Of a stretch of 64,000 nucleotides of DNA, positions 12,887 through 24,479 are shown one piece after another. A program made the translations under genes and the position numbers. Below the pieces are notes generated by a model, which was not told where the DNA came from, searched no databases, and saw only the letters and a list, made by a program, of their open reading frames with translations. The number at the start of each line of letters is the position of its first letter. Position 1 is the first letter of the stretch. Where the stretch lies: the NCBI RefSeq assembly GCF_041146345.1, contig NW_027191402.1:496001-560000 (forward strand), written 5' to 3'. The stretch is from Neodothiora populina. Taxonomy: Eukaryota.

Positions 12887-14337
12887 TCATGTTGCAGCAT
12901 CCGCTTTTGTATGGTCTGCCTCATCAGTTGCCAGACCTGGAGCCGCAGTATTTTCCGCCCTCTGCTTTGTGGCCACATCTGGGGAGGTCGGCTTTTCTGC
13001 AGATGGCTTGGGAGATGAGCGTCTTGCATCAGGAGAGACAGTGACAGATTGCCTTCTGTCTGCGCATGAAGGGCTCTGAAGAGCTTTGCCAACCGGAGCA
13101 CGGTCTTTGCTCTTGTCAATGCGTACGTCACGAGTACGGTCGAGCGACGATGAGGAACGTCGGCGACGAGGTCGAATAGCTCTATCTTCATCATCTAAGC
13201 CGCGGCGCGCAGAGCGAGACCTGGAGTGACGGCGACGATCGCGACGGGGCCTTTGGGTTCTTGACCTGGATCTCGATCGTGAGGACTCACGGTAGGGAGG
13301 TGAAGACCGTCTTCGTGGGCGTGGCGAGTAGTCATTCCTACGTTCAGCATCACGTCTTGAGCCTCGTGGGGGAGGCGAGTACGATGGGCTGCGTGAATTT
13401 ACGCGTCGTCTCTTGGGGCTAGGCTGATCATTACGACCCAAAGGAGGACGTCGAGGTGAGCGGGTTCTAGAGCGATAGCGCCTTTCTGCTCGTCGAGGAC
13501 TTTCCTGCCCAGGGACATATGTATCGGCATTTCTGGGTGCAGGAGGCATCATCCGGTGATGCCGAGGTGGAGGTGACCTAGAGTAATCTCTAGGAGGACG
13601 ACGATCGTAGTCGCGACGTGGTCCACCTCTCCCACGACCTCTGTCAGCGCGCTCTCTGTACCGTATATCTTCGAGCTCCCGCTCGCGGGCTCGTTCTTCT
13701 TCCCGGCGCCTTCTAGCATTCTCAGCAGCCCGCTCAGATTCGATCTTTGAATTGCGTTAGTTGAAGCCTTCTCAGGGCGAAGCACAAATGATAGTCAGCC
13801 TACCTTCTCCTGGATGAGTTCGGCCTTCTTAGCCTCCACTAGTTGTTTTGGAATACCTGTGTCGCTTTTCTGAGCATCGAGACACAACGTCCAAAGTTCC
13901 TTACAGAAAGGCGCTGCATCCTTCCCCAAGAAACCTGTGAGCTGTATCTGTAGTGACTTGATGTCGGGCTGAAGCAGAATCATTAGAAAACCTTTCACAT
14001 AGCATCATATGACAAGATAGACTTACATATTTTGACCCCTCCAATAGATCAAACAGTAAGCCGATCACAACATCGTCCTCATAGTTCAGGATCTTCGACA
14101 CTTCACCAGCAGCCCAGCTTAACCACGGATGTTACGTTAGACTACTACACGGAAAATAAAGACAAAAATCGCATGGTACTCTGTTTCAACGAAGATTGAC
14201 AAACGCTGGCGTGTGATGACTTACTTCTTGATGACTGGAATGTGAATCTTTGACGTATCAACCTTCTGACTGAACTCCACTGGGAATTTCGTGGTACGAA
14301 GCAGTTTCTGGTCTACATTCGTAGTTATTCGATTCAT
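12887..14337 (-). CDS. SRRM1: PWI-domain SR-related splicing coactivator (SRm160/SRRM1-like)
   Basis: TKFPVEFSQKVD..EDDVVIGLLFDLLE..PDIKSLQIQLTGFL..FCKELW (PWI domain) followed by an RS/SP-rich tail. Introns 14118..14224, 13969..14026, 13745..13803. Confidence 0.88.
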
Positions 14338-15010
14338 GGCTAATTTTCAAGAAGTTTAAGTCGAGATGTAGAGAACCGCTTGAATGAGAGAAGAGCTACG
14401 AGATGTTATTAAATCCTATAAATATTAGTCGTTGGCGAAGTTACGTCTTACATCTATGCGGCGTTAGCGTCAACCGGCCCCAGAGCTTGGCAGCGCGACT
14501 CAATCGCTTATAAGGTGCAACGACAGACCGTCTAATACAATTCGATAAACATTTTGTCCATCAGCCATTCAGGCAATAGCTGAGGTGATGATGGTATGCC
14601 TTCTGTTCTGACGCGTAAAAAGGGAACATAGCATATCAAGCACATTGATCTGCAAATGATTCTTGGGCAAGCTCAAGAACCGACTTCAATGTTCACGTCA
14701 CGCCCAATTACAGCATGCGGTAGTAGTTGAAGGAAGCAGCGATTGACATGGTCGCTTCCGTATTTCAGCCACAGATCGAGCATTCAAAGACGTAGACAAT
14801 TCATACGGTAGGTCACTGCCCACCTGGGCAGAAGGTAAGATGAAGAGAAGCAGTATAATTCATATTGCGCGACCAACTTTCTTGTATCTATCATTACACT
14901 TTTCGTTCATTCTCGTCTTCCCTTTGGGCGTCCGTCATTGGAGGGTACCCTTCCTCATAAATATTCTCATCTATTCTTTAAATATCCTTCTCTTTATACC
15001 TTGATTCGAC

Positions 15011-18000
15011 ATGGACTCGCCACCTGACTCACCACCTGAGCCATTACCCACTGTGTTGCCAGAGGCGGATCCACCTGCTGCAGACCCACCTGCCGCTGAT
15101 GAGCCCGCAGCTGATGCTCTAGCAACGGATGCTCCTGCGCCAGATGCCTCTGCACCTGATCCGCCTACAGACGCACCAGCCGCTGATCCACCAGCAGCAG
15201 AAGTGCCAGCATCAGATCCCTCTGCACCAGACCCACCTGCAGCAGATCCTCCGGCACCTGATGCTCCCGCTTCCGACTCGTCTGTAACAGATCCACCAGC
15301 GACAGATCCACCTGCTTCAGATCCACCTGCCACAGATCCACCTGCCACAGATCCACCAGCAACAGATCCACTAGCGACAGATCCACATGCGACAGACGAA
15401 CCTGCTGCAGATCAAGCTTCAGATCCAGCTTCAGATCCAGCTTCAGACCCTCCTGCGTCAGATCCCCCAGCGCCAGATCCCCCTGCGACGGACCCCCCCA
15501 TTACGGACACGCCAATTGTCCCTGCACCCGATCCTCCTGCACCGGCTGCGTCTGCTGTAGTAATACCAGCACCTATCCCAGCACCAGTGCCACCTGCTCC
15601 GACGCCAGACCCGCCGCCAGAACCTATTGTAGTGCCGGTATCACCTATACCTGCACCAGATCCACCTCCAGTTCCTCCAGCACCAATCCCAGTAACGGCA
15701 CCACTTTCTGACCCGCCTGTACCAGCTCCCCTAGTATTGGCACCACCGACGCCAGAGCCACCACCTTTGGTAATACAAGTTTCAGAACCCGCGCCAGCGG
15801 TTCCTCAAGTGCCAGAGGCATCGGTGCCTGTCGCGGTTACGATACCACCCGCTCCAGAGCCCCCAGTACAAGGATCCCCTCTGCCTGTTGTGGCCGTCGT
15901 ACCGCCGATTCCTGAACCTCCAGCCCCGATAGTAGCAAATATCGACCCACCGGCACCGGCGCCCCCCACGCCCCCCACGCCCATCGCTCCCCCAGCAATA
16001 CCAGTAGGTCCGCCAGCACCAATACCTGTGCCCCCTGCACCGATTCCACCTTCGGTAATGCCAGTAGACCCGCCAGCGCCAGATCCACCAGCACCAGTCA
16101 CAGTGTTATCGGTCCCTGAGGCGCCAGTGGCGATTGCAGCTCCGGTTGTTTTGGCACCTGTAATTCCAGTGAATATTTCACCAGCACCAGATCCACCGGC
16201 ACCTGCTCCTATCCCGGTGCTGGATGCTCTTCTGCCTGTTCTCCCAACGTCTCAACCCCTGGTGCCTGACCCTCCAGTGCCAAGTCCACAGGTTACAGTC
16301 CCCGTCAAAGTAGAACAGCCGGCGCCTGTTCAGCCAGTGCAGGAGCCGATAGTGCTAGCCGTTCCAATTCCCGAGCCGTCAGTGGTCATAGTCCCTGTAC
16401 AAGAGCCGCCAGTACCTCTTCCTCCCATTGCAGGTTTGCCGCCTACTTCACCAGGTCCCGACGTACCACCTCCAGCTCCTGTTGTTGTAGAACCGGTAGC
16501 CCTTGTACCAGCGGTAACAGAACCACAACCTGGACCGCTAGCGCCACCTGAAGTTGTCGTGTTAGTTGCGCCTCAGGCTCCACCAACTCTGCCAGTCATA
16601 GTCCAGGCACTTCTGCCCGAAGTACCAGCTGTCGTCCCATCGGTGACCGAGGCTCCGTCGACTGCAGCTGTGCTACAACCTGTCGCAGTGGTACCTCCAC
16701 CAGTGACGGACATAGAGATCGAACCGACAGTGGTAGTGATACCTGCACGAGATCCTGATCCTCCAGTGCTCGTTGTCCCACCTCCTGAAGTAGCTACTGC
16801 CATAGTACCATTACCCCAGGATGCCATTGTATCCCCTCCTCCTGTGACAAGAATCGCAACAGGTCAGTTTCAATCGAGCCTCGACGATTGTGCACATGCT
16901 GACATTGATTCAGTAGTTGTAACAAACCATGAGGGGGAAGCCGTAATTGTGGCGAAGCCAGAGACCCCTCCACCAGCACCAGCACTAGCACCAGCACTAG
17001 CACCAGCACCCCTCCCATCTGTGCCAACGGTGGCCACCCCTGCGACCGTCTTACTGCGCAGCAATGACCCCCCAGCTATTGTGCCTGCCCCAGTTGTGGC
17101 TGTTGCTCCAATTATAGTCGAACCGGTACCACCGGTGCTTCAGCCAACCTTGGTTCCTCAGAAACCGCCACCTCCGCCTATTGTTATAGCTCCTGCAAAG
17201 GTAACGGAAGTTGTGGTGCCAGTTCAGCCGCCTCCTGCTATAGAGCCTATCAAGCCACCGCCTGCAGCAACACACCCGCAACCGACTGTAGTGCAATACC
17301 ATGCCAAACCAGCGACGAAACCTCCACCGAAAAAGTCTGGGCTGAGCAAGCCATCACTGGCAAGCCTGAAAACGGCATTGAAACCCAAGCTGAAGCCATC
17401 TGTTGCAAGCTTGAAGGCAAAGTTGAAGCCAGCAGCAAAGCCAACAGTAAAGCCAGCAGCAAAGCCAAAACCAACACCAAAGCCAAAGCCTAAGCCAGAG
17501 GCAAAACCGAAACCAAAGCCAAAGCCAAAGCCGGAGGCAAAGCCCAAGCCAGAAGCAAAGCCCAAACCAAAGGTGATGCCCAAGCCTAAGCCAGCACCAA
17601 AGCCCAAACCCAAGCCGAAGCCGGCAGCGAAACCGAAGCCAAAGCCGAAGCCAGCACCAAAGCCAAAGCCAAAGCCCGATGCACCGAAGAAACCAGGTCT
17701 GACGGACAAGCTGAAGAAAGTAGTCAAAAAGGCGAGCCCAAAAGCCAAGGTTTCGAAGCCAGTGAAGAAGCCTGTTGTTGGAAAATCCAAAGAGAGATCC
17801 TTTCTGGTCGGCGCACGAGCGATGCCTCGTGGGAGACCTCGTGAAGTGAGTTGGCAGGTCAGACCCTCGCACAATATTGACGGAGACCGACCGAGGGAGC
17901 CCACACAACGCACGCCGCCGGCACGTGCTATGACGACCACTGCGGCATCAGGAGAACATAGTACCTGGAGAGAAGATCCTATAGTCATCATAGATCCAAT

Positions 18001-18139
18001 GATTGAAAAGTCTCGAGGAAGGCGTGTAAAGGATGAGTTGAGACGAACATTCATCCGAGTGGGAGGACATCAGGTTTTGCATTTCTTGGTTGGGACCCCG
18101 GGTGCAAACATTGCTACTGCCGTGGTCGGTCGGTATTGA
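15011..18139 (+). CDS. Very long proline-rich low-complexity hypothetical protein (DPPA repeats, PV/PA rod, PK repeats)
   Basis: 1042 open codons with varied synonymous Pro codons. Probable in-frame intron 16863..16913 (GTCAGT..GCTGAC..CAG). C-terminal exon structure is uncertain. Confidence 0.65.
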   Translation: MDSPPDSPPEPLPTVLPEADPPAADPPAADEPAADALATDAPAPDASAPDPPTDAPAADPPAAEVPASDPSAPDPPAADPPAPDAPASDSSVTDPPATDPPASDPPATDPPATDPPATDPLATDPHATDEPAADQASDPASDPASDPPASDPPAPDPPATDPPITDTPIVPAPDPPAPAASAVVIPAPIPAPVPPAPTPDPPPEPIVVPVSPIPAPDPPPVPPAPIPVTAPLSDPPVPAPLVLAPPTPEPPPLVIQVSEPAPAVPQVPEASVPVAVTIPPAPEPPVQGSPLPVVAVVPPIPEPPAPIVANIDPPAPAPPTPPTPIAPPAIPVGPPAPIPVPPAPIPPSVMPVDPPAPDPPAPVTVLSVPEAPVAIAAPVVLAPVIPVNISPAPDPPAPAPIPVLDALLPVLPTSQPLVPDPPVPSPQVTVPVKVEQPAPVQPVQEPIVLAVPIPEPSVVIVPVQEPPVPLPPIAGLPPTSPGPDVPPPAPVVVEPVALVPAVTEPQPGPLAPPEVVVLVAPQAPPTLPVIVQALLPEVPAVVPSVTEAPSTAAVLQPVAVVPPPVTDIEIEPTVVVIPARDPDPPVLVVPPPEVATAIVPLPQDAIVSPPPVTRIATGQFQSSLDDCAHADIDSVVVTNHEGEAVIVAKPETPPPAPALAPALAPAPLPSVPTVATPATVLLRSNDPPAIVPAPVVAVAPIIVEPVPPVLQPTLVPQKPPPPPIVIAPAKVTEVVVPVQPPPAIEPIKPPPAATHPQPTVVQYHAKPATKPPPKKSGLSKPSLASLKTALKPKLKPSVASLKAKLKPAAKPTVKPAAKPKPTPKPKPKPEAKPKPKPKPKPEAKPKPEAKPKPKVMPKPKPAPKPKPKPKPAAKPKPKPKPAPKPKPKPDAPKKPGLTDKLKKVVKKASPKAKVSKPVKKPVVGKSKERSFLVGARAMPRGRPREVSWQVRPSHNIDGDRPREPTQRTPPARAMTTTAASGEHSTWREDPIVIIDPMIEKSRGRRVKDELRRTFIRVGGHQVLHFLVGTPGANIATAVVGRY
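15065..15500 (+). repeat. Coding minisatellite: 15-nt ACAGATCCACCTGCN (TDPPA) and 12-nt GCTTCAGATCCA (ASDP) units
   Basis: Degenerate tandem units are directly visible, near-perfect at about 15288-15450. Confidence 0.8.
17425..17680 (+). repeat. Coding hexamer repeat AARCCN (Lys-Pro)n
   Basis: Runs such as aagccaaagcctaagcca encode KPKPKP. Confidence 0.8.
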
Positions 18140-18425
18140 TGAACTGTATCCTAGATGAAACTGGTCAACTTTGCTAGATGGGTACCTTTTCCTATTATGC
18201 CTCTCTTTCTCGAAAAGCATTCCTAAGCCATTCAGGTTGGCATTTATTTCAGGCGGATCAATCAGTCAAAATAAACTAAGACCCAATATCTTATTATCGT
18301 TCTCGTAACCATCGTCATATTGACAAAGTGAATAAGCACCAAACAACACCCTCCGCTCCCTAACGCAAAGACTTAATCACCGAAAGGCGCTGAACAGGAC
18401 CAAGCGACCCATCCAGACTAACAAC

Positions 18426-18948
18426 TCAGACCAACCCGGTCACAACCGCCCGCACATCCTCTCGTGCCCGCAAAAGTGCATAATCCAAAGTGGTCCGCGT
18501 CGACGAAGAAGCACCAGAAGCGCGTTCGACGCTCTTATGTAAATCCAGTAAATCTCTCGCTCGGGCCAAGTCCACGTCTGCGTCGGTTTCGTTGTCGCTG
18601 AAAGTTCCCAGAGCAGCCGCTGTCGTTGCTCGCTGATCTAGTGATGGAGCATACTTTCCGTCGCTGGTTGACGAGGAAGGTCGGGCTGCTAGCAGGGCCA
18701 GTGCTGCGGCTGGATCCTATTTCTCTTGTTAAGATGAGGTGGGAGGGACTTTTCTTTTTTACGAGACAGCTGTCTTTTTCTTCTTGGGCAGGCATCTTTA
18801 TGCGCTCATGGCTGAAGGGTTCGAGAGAGAGGAGGAAATAGTGGAGTATGTACAGTATAGGAGGATGTATGGATAGTGTATAAAGCGTGGACAAACTTAC
18901 GCAGGCTCGTAGAGAGGTCAGGTCTGAGAGGATCTCCGCGATCCGCAT
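18426..18948 (-). CDS. Small fungal hypothetical protein (about 112 aa)
   Basis: Exon 18901..18948 (MRIAEILSDLTSLRAC), intron 18717..18900, then DPAAALALL..DVDLARARDLLDLH..LLRAREDVRAVVTGLV*. Confidence 0.7.
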
Positions 18949-19982
18949 TTAGTGGTCTTTTTTTGTTGGTTTTTCACAGGTGAGATCGATCAGGAGAGCT
19001 GTATTGATGGTTATGATGATGGGTATGTACAGGAGAGTAGGTATAGTGTTTTTGGAGCGGAGAATAAGATAGTTGGATTGATTGCTTTGCTATGAATGGC
19101 ATTATTAGCGACGACTTACTGTACATTAGTACCTTATGTTGCTTCCATCAAACGTCTGTGACGTCTCCGGAGTGCCAAGTTCAGCATCACTACAAGTACT
19201 GGTCACATTTACTGAGGTGTGTACCAAATTATAATACAGAAAAGTACCACCTGACAATTATTTGTTGTTTATTGGTTACTTGTTCACATAACGAGAGCAG
19301 GTAATGCAGATACATATGACAAGTTTATGAAGATGATTGACTTGATCTCATATCTATCGATTATCTGATATACATCTTGTGGACCTTCATTCATTCATGT
19401 GTTTTCTTGATTCTCCGCAAAGCGGCTAAAAGAAAAGCCTAGGCGCGCATCTCGTTTATGACGGACGAAAGCTCCAGGCTATTTGAGTATACTGTGCTAA
19501 GCTATGCCCCGTGGAAGATGGACATCTCGGTAGTAATTTTGATGTGCTTTAGAACATGCTCAGAGGCGCGAGTGCTGGGTCGCTCTCCGTACGCTGTAGC
19601 AACGAAGTGGGTCCACCTCGCAAACATGCGTTGAGATGCTGGTGTTCGGAGAGCTGGCAGCACCCCACGTGTGCAACGCTTGCTCATAGCCGGATTGGCA
19701 TGATGTGTCGGTCAGTATGTATCCAGTCTGTCTCGATTCAGGGGTGCTACCCAATACACCAATCTTTAGGGGAGTTTCCATTTCGGACTCAAGTTGGTTA
19801 TCTGTGTCTTCCGGGTCGCCGTCTGCTCAGACAAGGTGGTCTGACATTGCGGTCCTGGCAGCAAACAAGCGTAGCATTCGTCCTGCCATGCGCGACACTG
19901 GGTCGCACTGCGTGATGGTGTAATCAGTTACGACCAGTATTGTGGCGAAGTAAAGTATTACGAAGTTCCGGGCAAACGTGGA

Positions 19983-20831
19983 TCAAGCACCTCTGCGTTT
20001 CCAGTTGCCTCTTCTCCGCTTGCCCCAGCCACGGCCGGCGCCAGTCTCACCCCTCTCGAAGCGTTCACGTCGCTTGTCTTCCTCGGCGAAGAACTCTTCT
20101 TCGCGCTGTTCCTGCTCTCTTCTCAATTCCTCCTCCGGCTTGACCCTGCGAGCTTCGGGCTTTTTCAGATCCTTCTCTTCCGACCATTTAGGATGGGCTC
20201 CATATTCGCATGCCACGACATTGTCTCTGTCTGGAGGCCCGGCTCGGCCATTCGGACAGAAACCGGCAAGATAGAAAGGGCAAAGAGCGGCGTGTTTGAC
20301 GTGGCGGAGACTACAGTAAGGGCCGAGAGGGCAAAACCCGCGGGCGTAGTGAGGACAAGGCGCAAGGCGAAGAGGCGAAGTCGGGCCAATGTGTAAGTAG
20401 GTACCTAGTGATATGGTTAGCTCTGGATCGGCAAGGTCATTCATGGTGCATGTTGGCTTACATTCTTCGCCTTGAGGACAGATGCCCCATCGGCTGAACT
20501 CCTTGCACTCCCTCTCTCCTCGGAGGTCAAAGGTATGGGCGAACTCGCACTGGTCGCCCTTCTTGCATAGACCTCTCTGATAATGCTTGCAAATCAAATG
20601 GCCGATTCCAGAGCGCTCGTTCGGAGGCGTGTAATGCCTGTCTGGACAGGCCGGACCGAGAGGACAGTGACCGGCGCGATAGGCAGGACAGATGGGTCTG
20701 TTGACTTTTGACGGGTAGCCATACGGAGGATAGGTAGATTTGAGAAAGGGCAAGAACGACAGTTCGAGCGAAGGCGCGTTGGGAGCTGAGGGATTGAGGA
20801 TGGTCTCTGTGATGGTCGCAGAAGGCGCCAT
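19983..20831 (-). CDS. YTH1: mRNA 3'-end processing factor Yth1/CPSF30 (CCCH zinc fingers)
   Basis: ICKHYQRGLCKKGDQCEFAH, ECKEFSRWGICPQGEEC|TYLH, CPHYARGFCPLGPYCSLRH, CPFYLAGFCPNG; intron 20405..20461. Confidence 0.9.
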   Translation of the reverse strand: MAPSATITETILNPSAPNAPSLELSFLPFLKSTYPPYGYPSKVNRPICPAYRAGHCPLGPACPDRHYTPPNERSGIGHLICKHYQRGLCKKGDQCEFAHTFDLRGERECKEFSRWGICPQGEECKPTCTMNDLADPELTISLGTYLHIGPTSPLRLAPCPHYARGFCPLGPYCSLRHVKHAALCPFYLAGFCPNGRAGPPDRDNVVACEYGAHPKWSEEKDLKKPEARRVKPEEELRREQEQREEEFFAEEDKRRERFERGETGAGRGWGKRRRGNWKRRGA

Positions 20832-21995
20832 GGTTGTGTCGACGGAGGATGCGTAGTGGAATCGAGGCTGTCGGTGATAGAGAAATGGATCCACAGCTAT
20901 GAGAGCATTGTACGTCGAAGCTCAAAGACTGATTTGTCAGAGCTGGAAGGCCAGTAATATTGCGAGGTACAGAGCAGTACTTTAGTCTTCGTAAGCCATT
21001 GGATTATGGCAGTGGAAGTGGAAATAGAGATAGGAGAAGCTAACGGCACTTTGTACGGAAGGCGCAGTATTATTGTTACAGCATAACGGTCTGAGTGGAA
21101 GGTACGGTAGTGTACTCATGTAACCAACGCCTGGCCTGTGCAGTCCCGGCACAAGTACAGTCAAGTTTCAGCACGCTGGACAGACATAGACTGGATGAAG
21201 TACCTTTGTAGAGTGCATCAGTGATTGATTTTAGAGTCAAAGTACAGCACAGAAAGCAATGCATTGAAGGCTGAGGTGTATGCGTAGAGCTACGTCCTTT
21301 CTGGTATCAGACGGCAACTGTACATATGCCGAGGCCCCCAATATCCCATGGCCCAAGACAGTGACGGACGCATCTGGTGTTGCGACCACTGCTCACTCAC
21401 TGCGCAATACCTTTAGGGCTTGGGACAGCCTCGAGGGAGTTTCTTTCCTTGCAGTGGTTATGATCGTTATAACCATCATCATCGCTATCATCATCATCCC
21501 GTCTCGCCCATTTCCCCACAAATATCAACATCCATCCACAGCCAACGTGACTCGCTGCGCTATCCTTGATTCCCCCCCTTCTCTTGTTCTTGTTGCCTCT
21601 TTGGCTGCAGTGCTTCATTCTATCCTCGTGCACCACTTTCTGGGAGATCCGATTGCTCCGTCTCACTGCACTTGCTTCTCTGTCAGCATCGAGTTGCGCC
21701 GAGCCGAGAGCCAAGCTGCCTCCTCAGCCTTTGCCTGACCTCTCATTCTCTCGAGTGTCAGACCCATCTACATTATCTGCGTGCTTGCATTGACCTGCAG
21801 AGCACAGCGAATCACAGCTCAGCTCAGCTCAGAGCAGTGCAGCTAGCCAGCCAGCACTCACTCACAACTCAACGCACCGCGACGTTGCCCTGCGTCGTGA
21901 TAACTCGGCCTGAGTCTACACTCACCTCTGCCTTCCTCTCTACATGTGCACTCGGTGGCCAGGGCCAATAGCTATTCTAGCCTGTCGTATACAAC

Positions 21996-22085
21996 GTAGG
22001 TACTCCTGAGTACATTTCTAGTTCACTCGATTGCTTTGCGAGGCGGGAGCGCACTCACGCTGACCGGTCAGTCGTTGTCGTCTCA
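21996..22085 (+). other. Probable 5'UTR intron of the CCCH-Smr gene
   Basis: GTAGGT donor, GCTGAC branch point and CAG acceptor, ending about 157 nt upstream of ATG 22242. Confidence 0.5.
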
Positions 22086-22241
22086 GCTACACAGATACTC
22101 GTACAATAACTCGTACCATAACCCTTTCTTCTGCTGTATACCAGCTTCCGTCTCCACCTCGTCCTGTTGCCAACTTCCACCTGTTAATCCTTCTCTTGCT
22201 CCTCTAGACAACCGCCTCTCCACGCGACACCCCTTTGACAC

Positions 22242-24479
22242 ATGATGGTTTCCGACGCGATATATCAGCTGTGCTTGCCCGTGCTTCAGGATCCAGACAT
22301 CGCCGATGAGGACAAAACGGACAAAGTGGAAGATGTCTTGCGCAAGGAAACAAAATTAATAGGCAAGGAGCTCGAGGAGGCTGTGCTGGACATATTATGG
22401 CGCCATAGAGATTCGTCTCAGAGCAGCAGCACCTCTCCTCGTCCCGTTCGCGCGCGGCTGATCAGGAGCGCTTCTCCTGCTCCGTGGCAGAGGCAGTCCG
22501 CTTCTCCCTCGCCACGCATATCGAGCGCTTCTCTCGCAACCCCGCCGGCTTTCAATCGCACCAAGTCTTCCACCGCTTCTCCTTTTTCTTCGCCTCGGCC
22601 TTCGCCCCGCCTTGCATACGCCACCCCTGCTATACCCCACAGTCCCAGCCTGAGCGCATACCAGTTCAGCGAGTCTAGTCCTACCGTCGACAACTACGGT
22701 GACTACGGCAGTGATAATGTCGACTGGCTCGTCAACGACGATTCCGCTGCTCTGGGTACCCCTGCTTCCGAGTGGGTGCAACCTCACAATGTCGACATGA
22801 GTCCCTACGACATGCTGCGATCTATACTTCGAGACGACAAAACCGACGATGAGTTGGAGAAAATCCTCGAGAGCAATGGCTATGACTTGAGCCAGACACT
22901 GATTTCCCTCGTCGACACACATGACATGCACACCAGTCAAGCGTCGGAAGAACAGAACCGTACTTATCTCGTCGGCAAGTCGATGAACCCCGAATCAAGG
23001 CCGCTCACTCCTGCCACCAATCTAAAGACATCAGGCGTTGTGTGCAAGTATTGGCTGTCCAGTGGGCATTGCGCGAGAGCCGATTGCCGTTTCAGTCACG
23101 ACCTCAGTAATCATCTCTGCAAGTACTGGCTCATGGGCAGCTGCCTCGCTGGCGACTCTTGTATCTTCTCGCACGATCCTTCTGCGCTTGTCTCGAGACT
23201 TACAATGAGCGACGCTTCTCCGTCACAGCAAGCAGCCCAGCCGTCGTTCCAGGTGCAAGACTATCAGTCCTTTCCTGCATTGCAGCCGACCACTTCCAAT
23301 CCTTACGAACACTCCGCTTTTGACTCTTCACTGTTGAACTCGGCGCTCCCGCCGCAATCCAACCCTACTTCGCCGTCTACGTCCGTCCTTAACCCATTTG
23401 CCACTTTTGTGCCGACCGGGCCTCGCAGTCGCCCTTCTTCCCAACACACCAGTCGCCAGCAGTCGCGTGCAGCTACGCCATCAGCTCTTTCAGTCAACGA
23501 CGACGAGGCATTCCCTTCTCTGGGTTCCGCGGCCGCATCTCGATCCAGCAAACGGCACGGCAAGCGTGGTCACGGTCATGCAGCACTTCCACAGAAAGCA
23601 AGTCCTGTGCCTGGCCCAGCTTCTCTTGCCGAAGTGGTGCGAACCTCGGCATCATCACCTTCGCCCATTTCACAAGCACGCCGGGGTGTGAGGCCTACGA
23701 GACCATACAATGCTTCGCGCGAAGACAGTGCTGCGGCAATGGCCATACCTGCACCCGAGCAAATCCCATGGCTTGAGACGGGCGAGAACGCGAACAAGGC
23801 CTATCTGAAGGCTAGAGCTGAGGCGTTTAAGCATGGTGGACTGCGTAACAAGTTTCTCCAAAGTGCTGCACAGGCTTGGAACAGAAACGATGCACGAGGA
23901 GCGAAAGCATTGAGCTTGCGGGGTCAGAACGAAAACAACTTGATGAAGGAAGCCCACAGGGAGGCGGCGAGATGCCTCTACGAGGAGCGGAACAAGAGCA
24001 ACGGCCTAGCCAAGGAGTTGTTCGTAGATCTTCACGGTCAGTTCTATTCTCTTGTAACGCTTACTCTACGTTTCTCCATTACTGATAGCTGTTTAGGTCT
24101 ACACCCGGAAGAAGCGGTATCATATCTCACGGCCTGCTTACTGGACCACGCCACATCGAGTAGACCAGTGTACGCCATCTGCGGAACAGGCCACCACTCC
24201 AAGAATGGCAAGGACAAAGTCGGCAAAGCAGTGAGAGCCTACCTGAATGAGTGGCGGTATGCTTTCCGCGAGTTCAGTGTGCCTGGGGATAGAAACAACA
24301 TCGGTGGCATTCTAGGTGTTGATCCGAGCAGTTATGATCGAGACCTTGCACGAAAAGCTGGTGCGGACGGCATTGCGTCTTCGGCAGATAGCGGAGTGGG
24401 ATTTGCAGGGGCGGGTGAGGATAGCAAGATCAGGGCGCTGAAGCGTGATGATGCAGCAGGCCAGGCTAGTGCTAGCTAG
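22242..24479 (+). CDS. CUE-like/CCCH zinc finger/DUF1771/Smr-domain protein (putative RNA endonuclease)
   Basis: Two CCCH fingers (CKYWLSSGHCARADCRFSH, CKYWLMGSCLAGDSCIFSH). Smr motifs VDLHG|LHPEEAV across intron 24037..24096 and ICGTGHHS. Confidence 0.88.
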   Translation: MMVSDAIYQLCLPVLQDPDIADEDKTDKVEDVLRKETKLIGKELEEAVLDILWRHRDSSQSSSTSPRPVRARLIRSASPAPWQRQSASPSPRISSASLATPPAFNRTKSSTASPFSSPRPSPRLAYATPAIPHSPSLSAYQFSESSPTVDNYGDYGSDNVDWLVNDDSAALGTPASEWVQPHNVDMSPYDMLRSILRDDKTDDELEKILESNGYDLSQTLISLVDTHDMHTSQASEEQNRTYLVGKSMNPESRPLTPATNLKTSGVVCKYWLSSGHCARADCRFSHDLSNHLCKYWLMGSCLAGDSCIFSHDPSALVSRLTMSDASPSQQAAQPSFQVQDYQSFPALQPTTSNPYEHSAFDSSLLNSALPPQSNPTSPSTSVLNPFATFVPTGPRSRPSSQHTSRQQSRAATPSALSVNDDEAFPSLGSAAASRSSKRHGKRGHGHAALPQKASPVPGPASLAEVVRTSASSPSPISQARRGVRPTRPYNASREDSAAAMAIPAPEQIPWLETGENANKAYLKARAEAFKHGGLRNKFLQSAAQAWNRNDARGAKALSLRGQNENNLMKEAHREAARCLYEERNKSNGLAKELFVDLHGQFYSLVTLTLRFSITDSCLGLHPEEAVSYLTACLLDHATSSRPVYAICGTGHHSKNGKDKVGKAVRAYLNEWRYAFREFSVPGDRNNIGGILGVDPSSYDRDLARKAGADGIASSADSGVGFAGAGEDSKIRALKRDDAAGQASAS

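Noticed and set aside
14971..18054. Gly-rich and GFGFG antisense ORFs over the Pro-rich gene
   Set aside because: Mirror translations of CCN/AAR repeats.
21280..21738. 152-aa hydrophobic ORF between YTH1 and the Smr gene
   Set aside because: Its hydrophobicity comes from ATC repeats and pyrimidine-rich leader sequence; no recognisable family.
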